Assembly (NCBI GenBank): GCA_046300175.1
Contig: JBKCMS010000009.1
Location: 71 to 64,070 of the forward strand
DNA from: Pseudomonadota bacterium
GTDB lineage: Bacteria; Bdellovibrionota_C; UBA2361; OMII01
DNA length: 64,000 nucleotides
Direction: 5' to 3'
Shown here: positions 19,688 through 28,235 of the stretch, in pieces
How positions within the stretch are numbered: the first letter of the stretch is position 1
Layout: each line of letters starts with the position of its first letter
The notes under the pieces: model-generated
Seen by the model: the letters and a program-made list of their open reading frames with translations, nothing else
What the model was told of the DNA's origin: nothing
The model's database searches: none
Position numbers and translations under genes: made by a program

Positions 19688-20275
19688 TCAACCGATCCTT
19701 CCCTTAGAGAGCTGCGCCACGAAGTCATCATCGCGCACCGCTGCCTCGATTGCACTTCCCATGGCTTGCCCGAGCAATCGCTGAACCCCATCAACTCCTA
19801 ACATAGGGTGAGATGCTTTTGATTCTCCTGAAAACGTAGCGTGGTAGATCGGGTGCCCACGGCTATCACGTACCGTTACCTTCAAGCGAGCCACTGCACT
19901 TGCTTGAGAGGTTGGAAAGCCTGGCTCTATTCTCGCAGCCCAGTCTGTTACCTGGCCCTCAATCGTTGGAGCATTGAGAACAGCTATTCGCGCTCCAGCT
20001 CGTCGCAAGTAGCGCTCAAAGCCCTCCTCAACAGAACGAGTCAGGGGGCCTTCTGAATCAACCTTTCTTCCATCAATGGTGACTATCGTTTGCGAGGGCC
20101 GCGCATCTTGAAAATGACCGATGCGGACGCGTACAGCTTCTCCGTCGCCACCTTCGCCGGCAGCAATCTCAGGTTCGGGCAGCAGCGGCGCAGAGAGCGA
20201 GCGCCCGATCTCTGGGGCACACCCTGCGGAGAGCACCAAAAATATGGCTGCTAAAATGGGTGTTAGCTTTGTCAT
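19688..20275 (-). CDS. Hypothetical lipoprotein
   Basis: ATG 20275 gives MTKLTPILAAIFLVLSAGC|APE, a classic lipobox. The longer ORF-track version (to 20554) would overlap queG by more than 200 nt. Confidence 0.5.
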   Translation of the reverse strand: MTKLTPILAAIFLVLSAGCAPEIGRSLSAPLLPEPEIAAGEGGDGEAVRVRIGHFQDARPSQTIVTIDGRKVDSEGPLTRSVEEGFERYLRRAGARIAVLNAPTIEGQVTDWAARIEPGFPTSQASAVARLKVTVRDSRGHPIYHATFSGESKASHPMLGVDGVQRLLGQAMGSAIEAAVRDDDFVAQLSKGRIG

Positions 20276-20327
20276 CCCGATGATTGTTGTCCTTCCTGAA
20301 CATTTTTGCAAGCTAGCTCCGCGATTG

Positions 20328-21542
20328 CTAGGCCAGCTTCTGACTGATCTCGTCAGCTTCAATTCGTACAGATAGGTCTTCATCAACGCAACAGAGATAC
20401 ACCAAATCCTTGAGCATCGTGACCGCATGGCTACCCAGCTCTGATGACAGCTGGGCAAACGCCCAAAGTGCGTGGGATCGAACCACGGCCGACCGGTCCT
20501 CGCGAACTGCGCTTTTAAGACCCTCAAGCACCTCAAACACTCGCTTGTTAGCACTCACCACAGCCGCGTTCCTTACTAGCCCTTCACGCTTGGCCCGCAT
20601 CAGCGGTGTACCACCAAACCGCTTGACAAACTCCGCATCAGAACGGATGGCAATAACCTCCGAAAGCTCCAGTGAACACCCAACACCTGCACTCGGCAAG
20701 AACTCCGAACAATCGGGTTTAGCGCGACTCTTGATTGATACCACGTTAAATGGGCATACATCCTGACATATGTCACAGCCAAAAACCCACTCTCCGATCC
20801 ATGTGCGCTCTTGATGGGTAAGAGATCCCCTCTTCTCGATCGTCAGATATGATATACACCTGCGCGCATCTAAGACTCTATCAGCCACCAGAGCAGAAGT
20901 CGGACAGTAATCGATACATCGCGAGCAGCTTCCACAGTGGGATTTGCCCAGCGCGCTGCGCAACCTGCCGTTATCTCCCTCATACTCGTCATCCTGCACT
21001 TCAGGAAGCTCACTTACCTCTAGGCTCCACAGCACCTCGCCCAAGAACATGAAACTCCCCGCTCCAGGCATTATGACCATGGAGTTCTTGCCCACAAAGC
21101 CCAGACCCGCTTGCCGTGCGAGCGCTCGCTCGAGTAATGGTACGGAGTCGGCAAAGACTCGATATTCGAACTTCGAACCAAGTGACTGCTCAACCAACCT
21201 ACAAAGTGACTCAAGCTTTTTTCGCAAAACTTTGTGATAATCGCGGCCCCAGGCATAGCGTGCCACACGTCCGTGACTGTGAGGAAGGACAGGTCGCTCT
21301 CCACGATCGTAGAAAGCACCGATCACCACCACGCTCCGCGCCCCATTCGCTACCCGCTTGGGACTCGACAAGAGCTCAGGATCACGTTGCATAAAGGCCA
21401 TATCGCCGGCGTACCCCGCTGCCTGCCAACGACGCAGGTACTCCATATCTTGAGTCATAGCCTCGGTATCGGCCACACCCACCACTGCCAGACCGATTTT
21501 CCCGGCTAACTCCTGTAGCTTTTTAAAGGTGATCTGTGCCAT
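20328..21542 (-). CDS. queG: Epoxyqueuosine reductase QueG
   Basis: Two ferredoxin-type clusters, CGSCSRCIDYCP and CDICQDVCPFN. N-terminus MAQITFKKLQELAGKIGLAVVGVA. HEAT-like C-terminal tail. Confidence 0.85.
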   Translation of the reverse strand: MAQITFKKLQELAGKIGLAVVGVADTEAMTQDMEYLRRWQAAGYAGDMAFMQRDPELLSSPKRVANGARSVVVIGAFYDRGERPVLPHSHGRVARYAWGRDYHKVLRKKLESLCRLVEQSLGSKFEYRVFADSVPLLERALARQAGLGFVGKNSMVIMPGAGSFMFLGEVLWSLEVSELPEVQDDEYEGDNGRLRSALGKSHCGSCSRCIDYCPTSALVADRVLDARRCISYLTIEKRGSLTHQERTWIGEWVFGCDICQDVCPFNVVSIKSRAKPDCSEFLPSAGVGCSLELSEVIAIRSDAEFVKRFGGTPLMRAKREGLVRNAAVVSANKRVFEVLEGLKSAVREDRSAVVRSHALWAFAQLSSELGSHAVTMLKDLVYLCCVDEDLSVRIEADEISQKLA

Positions 21543-21644
21543 GGGTCATTTATCGCCTGTCTTTAGTCTGGGTACCATAATAATCCTGTTAAAGTCTCGA
21601 CTTAGAGTTATAAAATAAGTAAAGTAAGGCGATCTTTAGCTGGC

Positions 21645-21719
21645 GTCCCTATCGTCTAGCCTGGCCTAGGACGTGACCCTTTCACGGTCAAGACACGGGT
21701 TCGAATCCCGTTGGGGACA
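21645..21719 (+). tRNA. tRNA-Glu (anticodon UUC)
   Basis: Hand-folded cloverleaf. Acceptor GTCCCTA/TGGGGAC, anticodon stem TGACC/GGTCA, loop CTTTCAC, T-arm ACGGG-TTCGAAT-CCCGT. 75 nt with no encoded CCA. It closely parallels E. coli tRNA-Glu. Confidence 0.9.
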
Positions 21720-21852
21720 ATCCATCACCAGGTGACACTCGTAGTCGCCAGGCACTCGCTGGTTTTTGTTGGCGTTGGCACAAAAGACACTCGACGCTGT
21801 CTAGTTTGGGCGTCTGCCACGTCGAAGTGGGTGTGGCGCAAATCTTTCAGCT

Positions 21853-22902
21853 ATGGCGAGCGACACAGCATCCAATTCTACTCTCAGATTAAACCCAACC
21901 GAAAGTGCATCGGAGCGGTTCGCAGCGGCTCTGGCGCTGATCCCAGAGTTGACTCAGGTCGAGGAACTCATCCGCGCGTCATTTAGATCCGATGTGGCCC
22001 CGATGCGTGACATCCCCGATTACTTACTGTCGCTGGGGGGCAAGCGGATACGTCCAGCGCTGACGCTTTTGTGCGCTAAGGCGATCAGTGACCGTCCCAG
22101 CACCGTCTCTGGTGACATCCTGACTATAGCGGCAGGCATTGAACTCATTCACATGGCAACGCTGATGCACGATGATATCATCGACCAGTCACCCGTTCGC
22201 CGGCACAAACAATCTCCCTACGCTAAGTTTGGCACCCCGTTGACCCTTCTCTCCGGTGATTTTCTGTTAACCAGGGCCTTTGGTCTCTGCGCACGATTGG
22301 ACGACACCGTGATAGCGGCCACAGAGCAGGCGTGCATCGAGCTAGTTGAGGGTGAGGCCCTGGAGACACCACTTCACACTGAGCTTCACTCGCTTGACTC
22401 AAGTCTAAAGATAGCTCAGCGTAAGACAGCCTCGCTCTTTAGACTTGCAGCGTTTTGTGCCGGTCACATCTCAGGGGCAAGCGCTGATGCGCTGCAAGCT
22501 CTGGCGCGATTTGGTGAGGCTCTCGGTGTTGCTTTTCAGGTGATCGATGACGTACTGGATGTTACCTCAACCGAGGCAACCTTAGGTAAGCAGCCAGGGC
22601 TCGATATTATTGAGCGGAAACCATCGATCGTGAATGTACTGTGGCTAGCTTCAGGTGCGACCGCCGCTCAAAGATTAAGGGCTGCTCCGATTACGGGAGA
22701 CGAGTCTATTTTTGCTTCAGAAAGCATAGAAACACTTAAGACCAGCAGCCACGTGGAGCAGGCCAAAGCTATCGCTCGCTCTTACGGCAGCCGTGCCATA
22801 GAGGCGCTAAACGAGGCCCTGCCGAGCTCTAATTATCGCTCTCAGCCAGCGGCTCAGGCGCTCTACGCGGTGGTTGATTTCGCGCTAGAACGCCTCAAAT
22901 AG
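21853..22902 (+). CDS. Polyprenyl diphosphate synthase (trans-IPPS, IspB-like)
   Basis: First and second Asp-rich motifs are LMHDDIID and FQVIDDVLD. 349 aa. Confidence 0.8.
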   Translation: MASDTASNSTLRLNPTESASERFAAALALIPELTQVEELIRASFRSDVAPMRDIPDYLLSLGGKRIRPALTLLCAKAISDRPSTVSGDILTIAAGIELIHMATLMHDDIIDQSPVRRHKQSPYAKFGTPLTLLSGDFLLTRAFGLCARLDDTVIAATEQACIELVEGEALETPLHTELHSLDSSLKIAQRKTASLFRLAAFCAGHISGASADALQALARFGEALGVAFQVIDDVLDVTSTEATLGKQPGLDIIERKPSIVNVLWLASGATAAQRLRAAPITGDESIFASESIETLKTSSHVEQAKAIARSYGSRAIEALNEALPSSNYRSQPAAQALYAVVDFALERLK

Positions 22903-23189
22903 GCCCGGCAAAACAGATACTGACTAAAACGTACACCCTAGAGGGTTTAGCAAAGCAGCTCTTGCCGATCCTTTTTCTTGTTCATATGCACCACTTTTCT
23001 CTGGAAGCCCATAACCGTTGATAGATCGTCGTTGCGGAGTCCCTGCATCGGCTGGTTTGGTCCTCCTGTACGGAGTTGTGCGCGACCGCAGCGCAGGTTG
23101 GTAGAGGCAAATTCTTCCAAAGCTATGCGGCGTTCACGTCAGAACCCCTTACAGGTTCGGTTAGCTCACAGGTTTTTTTAGGAGGAAAC

Positions 23190-23504
23190 GTGGCTTTTGA
23201 TTTCACGGAGTCTAATGTGGGCAGTTCGGATAAGTTACCTGAAATGGATCTAGCGTATCTCGGCGGGAACGGATACACAGCGGTAAGTGAGCTGATGCGA
23301 GCGATGATTCTTCGAACCATCGAAGATCTGCAATCGGGCTCAGAGCTTCGTGAAGAGGCGCTTGAGTACCTGATGAGCGATGATGACGAGTACATCCTCT
23401 CTTTCATCTCTATTTGTCGCTACTTCGGATTCGACCCCGAAAAAACGCGCTATGCGATTTTAAACGCCAAGTCGAGAATTCGTACGCGGCGTCGAGCAGC
23501 ATAG
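23190..23504 (+). CDS. Hypothetical small acidic protein (104 aa)
   Basis: GTG 23190 sits 6 nt after AGGAGG and is in frame with the longer ORF-track call. A clear terminator follows. No family recognised. Confidence 0.4.
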   Translation: MAFDFTESNVGSSDKLPEMDLAYLGGNGYTAVSELMRAMILRTIEDLQSGSELREEALEYLMSDDDEYILSFISICRYFGFDPEKTRYAILNAKSRIRTRRRAA

Positions 23505-23548
23505 CATTTTGGTAATGCATCTCCCGCAAGGGGCCGATGACTTACTGG

Positions 23549-23576
23549 CGGGGCTTCGAGAGGCCCCGTTTTTTTT
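23549..23576 (+). terminator. Rho-independent terminator
   Basis: CGGGGC-TTCGAGAG-GCCCCG followed by T8. Confidence 0.6.
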
Positions 23577-23614
23577 GCTCTGCGCGCTCTTATAAAAGAA
23601 CATTTAGTTACGGC

Positions 23615-24370
23615 TTACCCAGCTCCTGGAACTACAAAAGTAACACATCGCCCAGATCGCTCTGCATCCCGACGAAACGAGTGAAAGCGAGGATCGGAAA
23701 TGGTACATACCTCGGCAGCATGAACTATTACCCCGCTGTAAGCGCCCTGCAACTGCCTCACCGCCGTTGCTGCAGTGTTCAAAAGATATTTTCCTTGCCG
23801 GTGTGGTAGCTCTTGAAATACAGCGCTGACACCGATGGCCTCAATCACATCACTGCCTACCTCATACAGTTGCGGACCGGCACAGGCAAATATAAGCGCC
23901 TCGCAAGGTGTTCCAACATAGGGCAGACTTGTAGCTATAACGCCCCCTGCTAGTCCCCGCCACCCTGCATGAATAGCCACGTACCCGTGGTCACCGCGAA
24001 CCAGAATCGGAACACAATCTGCAGTGAGAACCCCATAGAGCACTATCCCCTCTGACGACCCTTGTATCAACGGCGCCGCAATAGCATCACCAGGCTCGCG
24101 CCTAATGATATCACCGTGTCTAGCGATCGCCACTCGCACTGCCTCAGACGATCGCATGTCAACTACCCGAGAGCCGTGATTTTGGTGGGGCAGCGCGACA
24201 TGTTCTACACTCAGCGCCATTTTAACGGCAGCGATATCGCTTTCTAATGTGGCTGAAGTGCACCCAAGTTGAGCCGTTGTCATCCCATGAATAACTCCCG
24301 CCCTCCACCATGGTAGGTAGACCAGAAGATCTAGACCGTTGTGAGTGACCAGAGAGAACTCGCTCCTCAT
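23615..24370 (-). CDS. pgeF: Peptidoglycan editing factor PgeF (YfiH/DUF152 laccase-domain protein)
   Basis: Motifs LTADCVPILV, IHAGWRGLAGG and CTISDPRFHSFRRD. Confidence 0.8.
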   Translation of the reverse strand: MRSEFSLVTHNGLDLLVYLPWWRAGVIHGMTTAQLGCTSATLESDIAAVKMALSVEHVALPHQNHGSRVVDMRSSEAVRVAIARHGDIIRREPGDAIAAPLIQGSSEGIVLYGVLTADCVPILVRGDHGYVAIHAGWRGLAGGVIATSLPYVGTPCEALIFACAGPQLYEVGSDVIEAIGVSAVFQELPHRQGKYLLNTAATAVRQLQGAYSGVIVHAAEVCTISDPRFHSFRRDAERSGRCVTFVVPGAG

Positions 24371-25341
24371 AGCCCCTGCTCCCCGGCTCTAAACACCTCC
24401 ACCAACGCCCGGAAGTCATCGGGTATAGGAGCCTCAAAGGAGAGCCGAGATGCTGATACCGGATGGATAAAAGAGAGAGTTGCAGCATGAAGTGCCTGTC
24501 TGCCAAATGCATCAGCGGCCTCGCGAAGCGTGCGTGGCAGATTAGAGAAATCGCCGTAAGTTTGATCGCCGATAATCGGGCAACCGATTGAGTTCATATG
24601 CACACGAATCTGGTGCGTCCTTCCGGTCTGCAATCTACAGGTTAAGAGGGTACCGTATGAAAACCGCTCTACTACGTGCCATTCTGTCACGGCTGGCTTG
24701 CCGCTCTCAGTTATAGACATCAGAGTTCTCTGAGTTGGGTGTCTCCCTATAGCCCCACGAACCTCACCACTATCGGCCGTCTGCACAGGTCGTTTAGCTC
24801 TGGGCGTAGAAAACACAAGGGCGGTGTAAGACCGTTGGATACTACGCTCTGCGAATTGTTGTGACAGGTGCGCATGCACAGGGGTTGTTTTGGCGATTAC
24901 AACGACTCCTGTGGTATCTTTATCTAATCGGTGGACTATACCCGGCCGGTCACTAGCACCCACCCGCCGATGCACCTCTCCTAAATAGTGAACTACTGCA
25001 TTGGCGAGGGTCTGATTGCGATTACCAGCCCCAGGATGCATCGATATGCCGGCGGGTTTATTGACAACCAAGAGGTAATCATCCTCATACAATATCGACA
25101 GTGAGAGTTGAAAAGGTTGCAGAGGACTTGCAGCAGCCTCACCGTGAGCAACATCCACCACCGCTCCAGGATCGACCCTATATGCCGGTTTGGTAACGAT
25201 CCTACCATCCACGCAAACTTTCCCCGCCTCGATCAGTCGTTCTACCTGAGAGCGACTGATTCCCAAGTTTGGGGACAACTCGCGATGAACCACCCGATCA
25301 AGTCGCTCGTCCCCATCAGATACGGTAAATCTGCTAACCAC
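24367..25341 (-). CDS. rluD: RluA-family 23S rRNA pseudouridine synthase (RluD-like)
   Basis: S4-like N-terminus (RLDRVV...SRSQVERLIEAGKVCVDG). Catalytic motif HRLDKDTTGVVVIAK. 4-nt overlap with pgeF. Confidence 0.8.
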   Translation of the reverse strand: MVSRFTVSDGDERLDRVVHRELSPNLGISRSQVERLIEAGKVCVDGRIVTKPAYRVDPGAVVDVAHGEAAASPLQPFQLSLSILYEDDYLLVVNKPAGISMHPGAGNRNQTLANAVVHYLGEVHRRVGASDRPGIVHRLDKDTTGVVVIAKTTPVHAHLSQQFAERSIQRSYTALVFSTPRAKRPVQTADSGEVRGAIGRHPTQRTLMSITESGKPAVTEWHVVERFSYGTLLTCRLQTGRTHQIRVHMNSIGCPIIGDQTYGDFSNLPRTLREAADAFGRQALHAATLSFIHPVSASRLSFEAPIPDDFRALVEVFRAGEQGL

Positions 25342-26275
25342 GACTCAGCACCTCTCGGGCCTGCGCGACATCAACTGCTATCTGATTACTTAATGCAACC
25401 ATCGAATCGAAACGCTGCTCCGCACGTAAACGGGCGATAAACGACACGTGAATCCTGGTGCCGTATAGGCTGCGGGCCGGGAGGTCAAGGATATGCACCT
25501 CAAGCCGTTCAGATGACCCGTTGAATGTAGGCCGAACGCCGATATTGGCTACGGCCAAATACGAGCTTCCAGTGATAGAAACCCGACACGCATAGACACC
25601 ACGCTTAGGTATCAGGCGATTTCCCACCGCAATATTAGCCGTAGGAAATCCGATCGCACTCCCTCTCTTATCACCGTGCCCGACCCGTGCTGATATAGTA
25701 AAGGCCTCTCCAATAAGCTCTGCCGCTTCGGCGACATCACCATTCTCGATCAACTCCCTAATCCTCCGAGAACCCGCTTTGACTCCTTCAATCTCAAGTT
25801 TAGGAACCGGATGCAGCTTGATGCCATACTGGGGCAATACTGTACGCAGGAACTCTAGGTTACCCTCCCTACCCTTACCGATTGCAACATCTTCTCCGAC
25901 CACCAAGTGCGCTGCTCCTAAACCTTGAACCAGGACTCGCTGTATAAAATCAGTGGCGGACATCGCCGCGATGCTACGGGTAAAATGAATAAAATAAACC
26001 AGGTCTATCCCAAGAGATTTGCATCGCTCGGCCTTTTCACGAACGCTACTGATATACTTTAGGTGCGCCTCAGGCTTAAGCACTCGAATTGGATGCGGAT
26101 AGAAGGTGACCAAGACAGCTGGTGAGTTATCAGCAATCTCTCGCAAAGACTTCAACACCCGCTCGTGGCCCCTGTGTACACCATCAAAGTTACCGATGGT
26201 CACTGCTCCGCCTCTGAAAGATTGCGGGACTAGCTGAGGATACCTCATGAGTGGGGCGCGCAGTACTTCCGACAT
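25334..26275 (-). CDS. ribF: Bifunctional riboflavin kinase / FMN adenylyltransferase
   Basis: GNFDGVHRGH in the N-terminal FAD synthetase part. The C-terminal kinase part has GFPTANI and RLEVHILD. Confidence 0.85.
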   Translation of the reverse strand: MSEVLRAPLMRYPQLVPQSFRGGAVTIGNFDGVHRGHERVLKSLREIADNSPAVLVTFYPHPIRVLKPEAHLKYISSVREKAERCKSLGIDLVYFIHFTRSIAAMSATDFIQRVLVQGLGAAHLVVGEDVAIGKGREGNLEFLRTVLPQYGIKLHPVPKLEIEGVKAGSRRIRELIENGDVAEAAELIGEAFTISARVGHGDKRGSAIGFPTANIAVGNRLIPKRGVYACRVSITGSSYLAVANIGVRPTFNGSSERLEVHILDLPARSLYGTRIHVSFIARLRAEQRFDSMVALSNQIAVDVAQAREVLSRG

Positions 26276-26291
26276 ACACCTGACAGAAGCG

Positions 26292-26999
26292 CTACTTTAA
26301 TTGTCTGAGACGCTCTTTAGCCTCGACTACCTCTGGAGATTTTGGATAGTCGTCGATCAACTTTCTCAAAGTAAGCTGAGCGGTTTTTTTATCACCCAAA
26401 CGCACAAAAACCTCAAACTGCCGCAGCAGGCTGCTCGGTGCCCGATGACTCTTGGGATGAAGCGAAACGCTCTCAGCATAAGCTCGCAGCGCCCCCTTAT
26501 TATCGAGCAGCCCATCGTGGGCTACCCCTAACCAAAACAGAATCGGGCCAGCGTTATCGCTTGATTGATTCTGCTCTGATGCATTCTCAAGGAGCGATAC
26601 GGCATCGGCAAACTTACCCTCTCTGATCATACCTAGAGAATCAAGAAACATGCGCTGAGTCTCATCATTAAGCCCTTTAGCCCACGTTTCATCGGCCTCA
26701 AGCTCAGCTATGGGCACCCCTGGAGGTGGTGGAATTCTCTTCCTGAGTGCCGAAAGATCGTCCTTAAGCGCTGTCAGGTCTGAGCCAAGCCGCCGGGTCG
26801 ATGAAAACTCCAACTCCTCAAGCCTCCCCGCAACCAGTTTCAGTTGACCATCAAGGGATTGAAGTGACTCACTCTGCTCAGCTTGCAGCGATCTAAGGTC
26901 AGAGATGCTGCGCTCAAGTCGAGAGACCTTTTTTCCTAAGTCGTATGCTGCACATCCCGAAAGCATACTGACCAGTCCAATCATCAAAATCCGTCTCAT
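26292..26999 (-). CDS. cpoB: Tol-Pal system protein CpoB (YbgF)
   Basis: Signal/lipobox MLSGCAA, a coiled-coil N-half and a TPR-like C-half. It lies immediately downstream of pal. Confidence 0.65.
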   Translation of the reverse strand: MRRILMIGLVSMLSGCAAYDLGKKVSRLERSISDLRSLQAEQSESLQSLDGQLKLVAGRLEELEFSSTRRLGSDLTALKDDLSALRKRIPPPPGVPIAELEADETWAKGLNDETQRMFLDSLGMIREGKFADAVSLLENASEQNQSSDNAGPILFWLGVAHDGLLDNKGALRAYAESVSLHPKSHRAPSSLLRQFEVFVRLGDKKTAQLTLRKLIDDYPKSPEVVEAKERLRQLK

Positions 27000-27130
27000 A
27001 CTAAACAGGCTCCTGGCAGCATTAGCACTTTAAGCAAGTCGTCTCTTCTAGCAGCGCTCTACCAAATTCGGCCGAGGCTACTGAGAATTAAACCTAAAAG
27101 GTTAAGAATAAGGGCACATCAAAAACAAGA

Positions 27131-27172
27131 AGACCCTGGGTTTTGGTAGATCCAAAGCCCAGGGTCTTTTTT
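27131..27172 (-). terminator. Hairpin terminator between pal and cpoB (T-tracts on both sides, possibly bidirectional)
   Basis: AGACCCTGGG...CCCAGGGTCT stem at 27131-27167. TTTTTT follows on the + strand and the complement of AAAAACAAGA follows on the - strand. Confidence 0.5.
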
Positions 27173-27203
27173 AAATCTGCGGTTAAATAACCGCAAGACC
27201 TAA

Positions 27204-27644
27204 CTAGTTAACCTTGAAGTGGTCGCGACGATTCTTCGCCCAAGCCGCCTCATTGTGCCCAGGATCTACTGGGAGCTCTTCTCCATAGCTCACTGTGCTG
27301 ATTGCGCTAGCTGGAACTCCGAGAGTACGGAGGTGGTCAGCCGCAACGCGAGCACGGTTAGCGCCGAGCACCATGTTGTACTCGTTCGTTCCACGCTCAT
27401 CACAGTGTCCCTCTACCTGCACAGTTGTTCCCTCGTGCGCCTTGAGCCACTCTGCATTCGAAGCCAATGTAGCCCTAGCAGTAGCATCGAGGCTGTACGA
27501 GTCAAATGCAAAGTAGATGTCCTTTAGCGGACCATCTGATGTCGCTGCGCCGATGTTGCCATCAGTTGTTGCCGTGCGGCACGAACATCCCGTTGAGATA
27601 ACTGCAACCAAGCAGACCGCAAAAAATTTCAAACTCCGAATCAT
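27204..27644 (-). CDS. pal: Peptidoglycan-associated lipoprotein Pal
   Basis: ATG 27644 follows GGGAGGAAGGGAAG. Lipobox VISTGC|S. OmpA-like domain YFAFDSYSL...VEGHCDERGTNEYNMVLGANRA. Confidence 0.85.
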   Translation of the reverse strand: MIRSLKFFAVCLVAVISTGCSCRTATTDGNIGAATSDGPLKDIYFAFDSYSLDATARATLASNAEWLKAHEGTTVQVEGHCDERGTNEYNMVLGANRARVAADHLRTLGVPASAISTVSYGEELPVDPGHNEAAWAKNRRDHFKVN

Positions 27645-28235
27645 TCTTCCCTTCCTCCCGAAATGGATTGTACACAAAAATGCTTTACCTGAACTTTGCC
27701 CTGATGACACTTTAGCTCTTAACGACCCTCAGTACCTCTAGAACCCTGCTCAGCTGGAGACCAACGCAAGCAAACCACTGCTCTGTTAGCCTAACCAGGG
27801 TAAAAACTAACCACGGTCACCCGTAATTAGGTCGTACCGAAAGGCACGAATCTGAAGGGCTATTTCAAACTTCAGAGTCCTGCCTCTCGAAACAACCCTG
27901 TGCGGGCTGCACCGACCATCGCTTTTCACCCTTATACCACCCCTTCCGCTCGCAGAATCTGTTAGCAGAACCGGTGGTATCGGGCTTACAGTTACAAGAT
28001 GTCAGGCCTACTCGCTCGCGCCGCAATTGCAACGCTCACTACCTTCCTGCTAATCCGCCTAACTGCCATTCCAATAGCCGTCAAAACAACTTAACGGCCA
28101 CCTCTTAATGTTTCAGCGACAGAGCAAGAAATACTCGACAAGCGCCATTATTGCAACAGGTTAACATGCATTTAAGCAGGCTTTGCATGATTATGCTCCT
28201 GCTGGGGCTCCCGCTACACGGCCAAAAGGGCCTGG

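Noticed and set aside
19688-20554. Full 288-aa ORF-track call overlapping queG by more than 200 nt.
   Set aside because: The internal ATG at 20275 yields a textbook lipoprotein signal peptide. The upstream 93 codons are antisense-free read-through overlapping the queG 3' end.
21711-21986. 91-aa ORF starting inside the tRNA-Glu 3' end.
   Set aside because: It overlaps the tRNA and the 5' end of the polyprenyl synthase gene in another frame, and has no SD.
27645-28235. The tolB-pal spacer as RNase P RNA, tmRNA, SRP RNA or a cobalamin riboswitch.
   Set aside because: The minus strand has UAAGGGUGAAAAGC, reminiscent of the RNase P J11/12 region. However, neither strand has the GAGGAAAGUCC (P4 5') or ACAGAANCCGGCUUA (P4 3') signatures in a pairable form. 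I found no tRNA-like GGUUCGAAUCC end or tag-peptide ORF for tmRNA. There is no GGAAGCAGC-type SRP helix-8 motif. A CCACTG string exists only on the strand with no downstream gene. This is unresolved rather than disproved.
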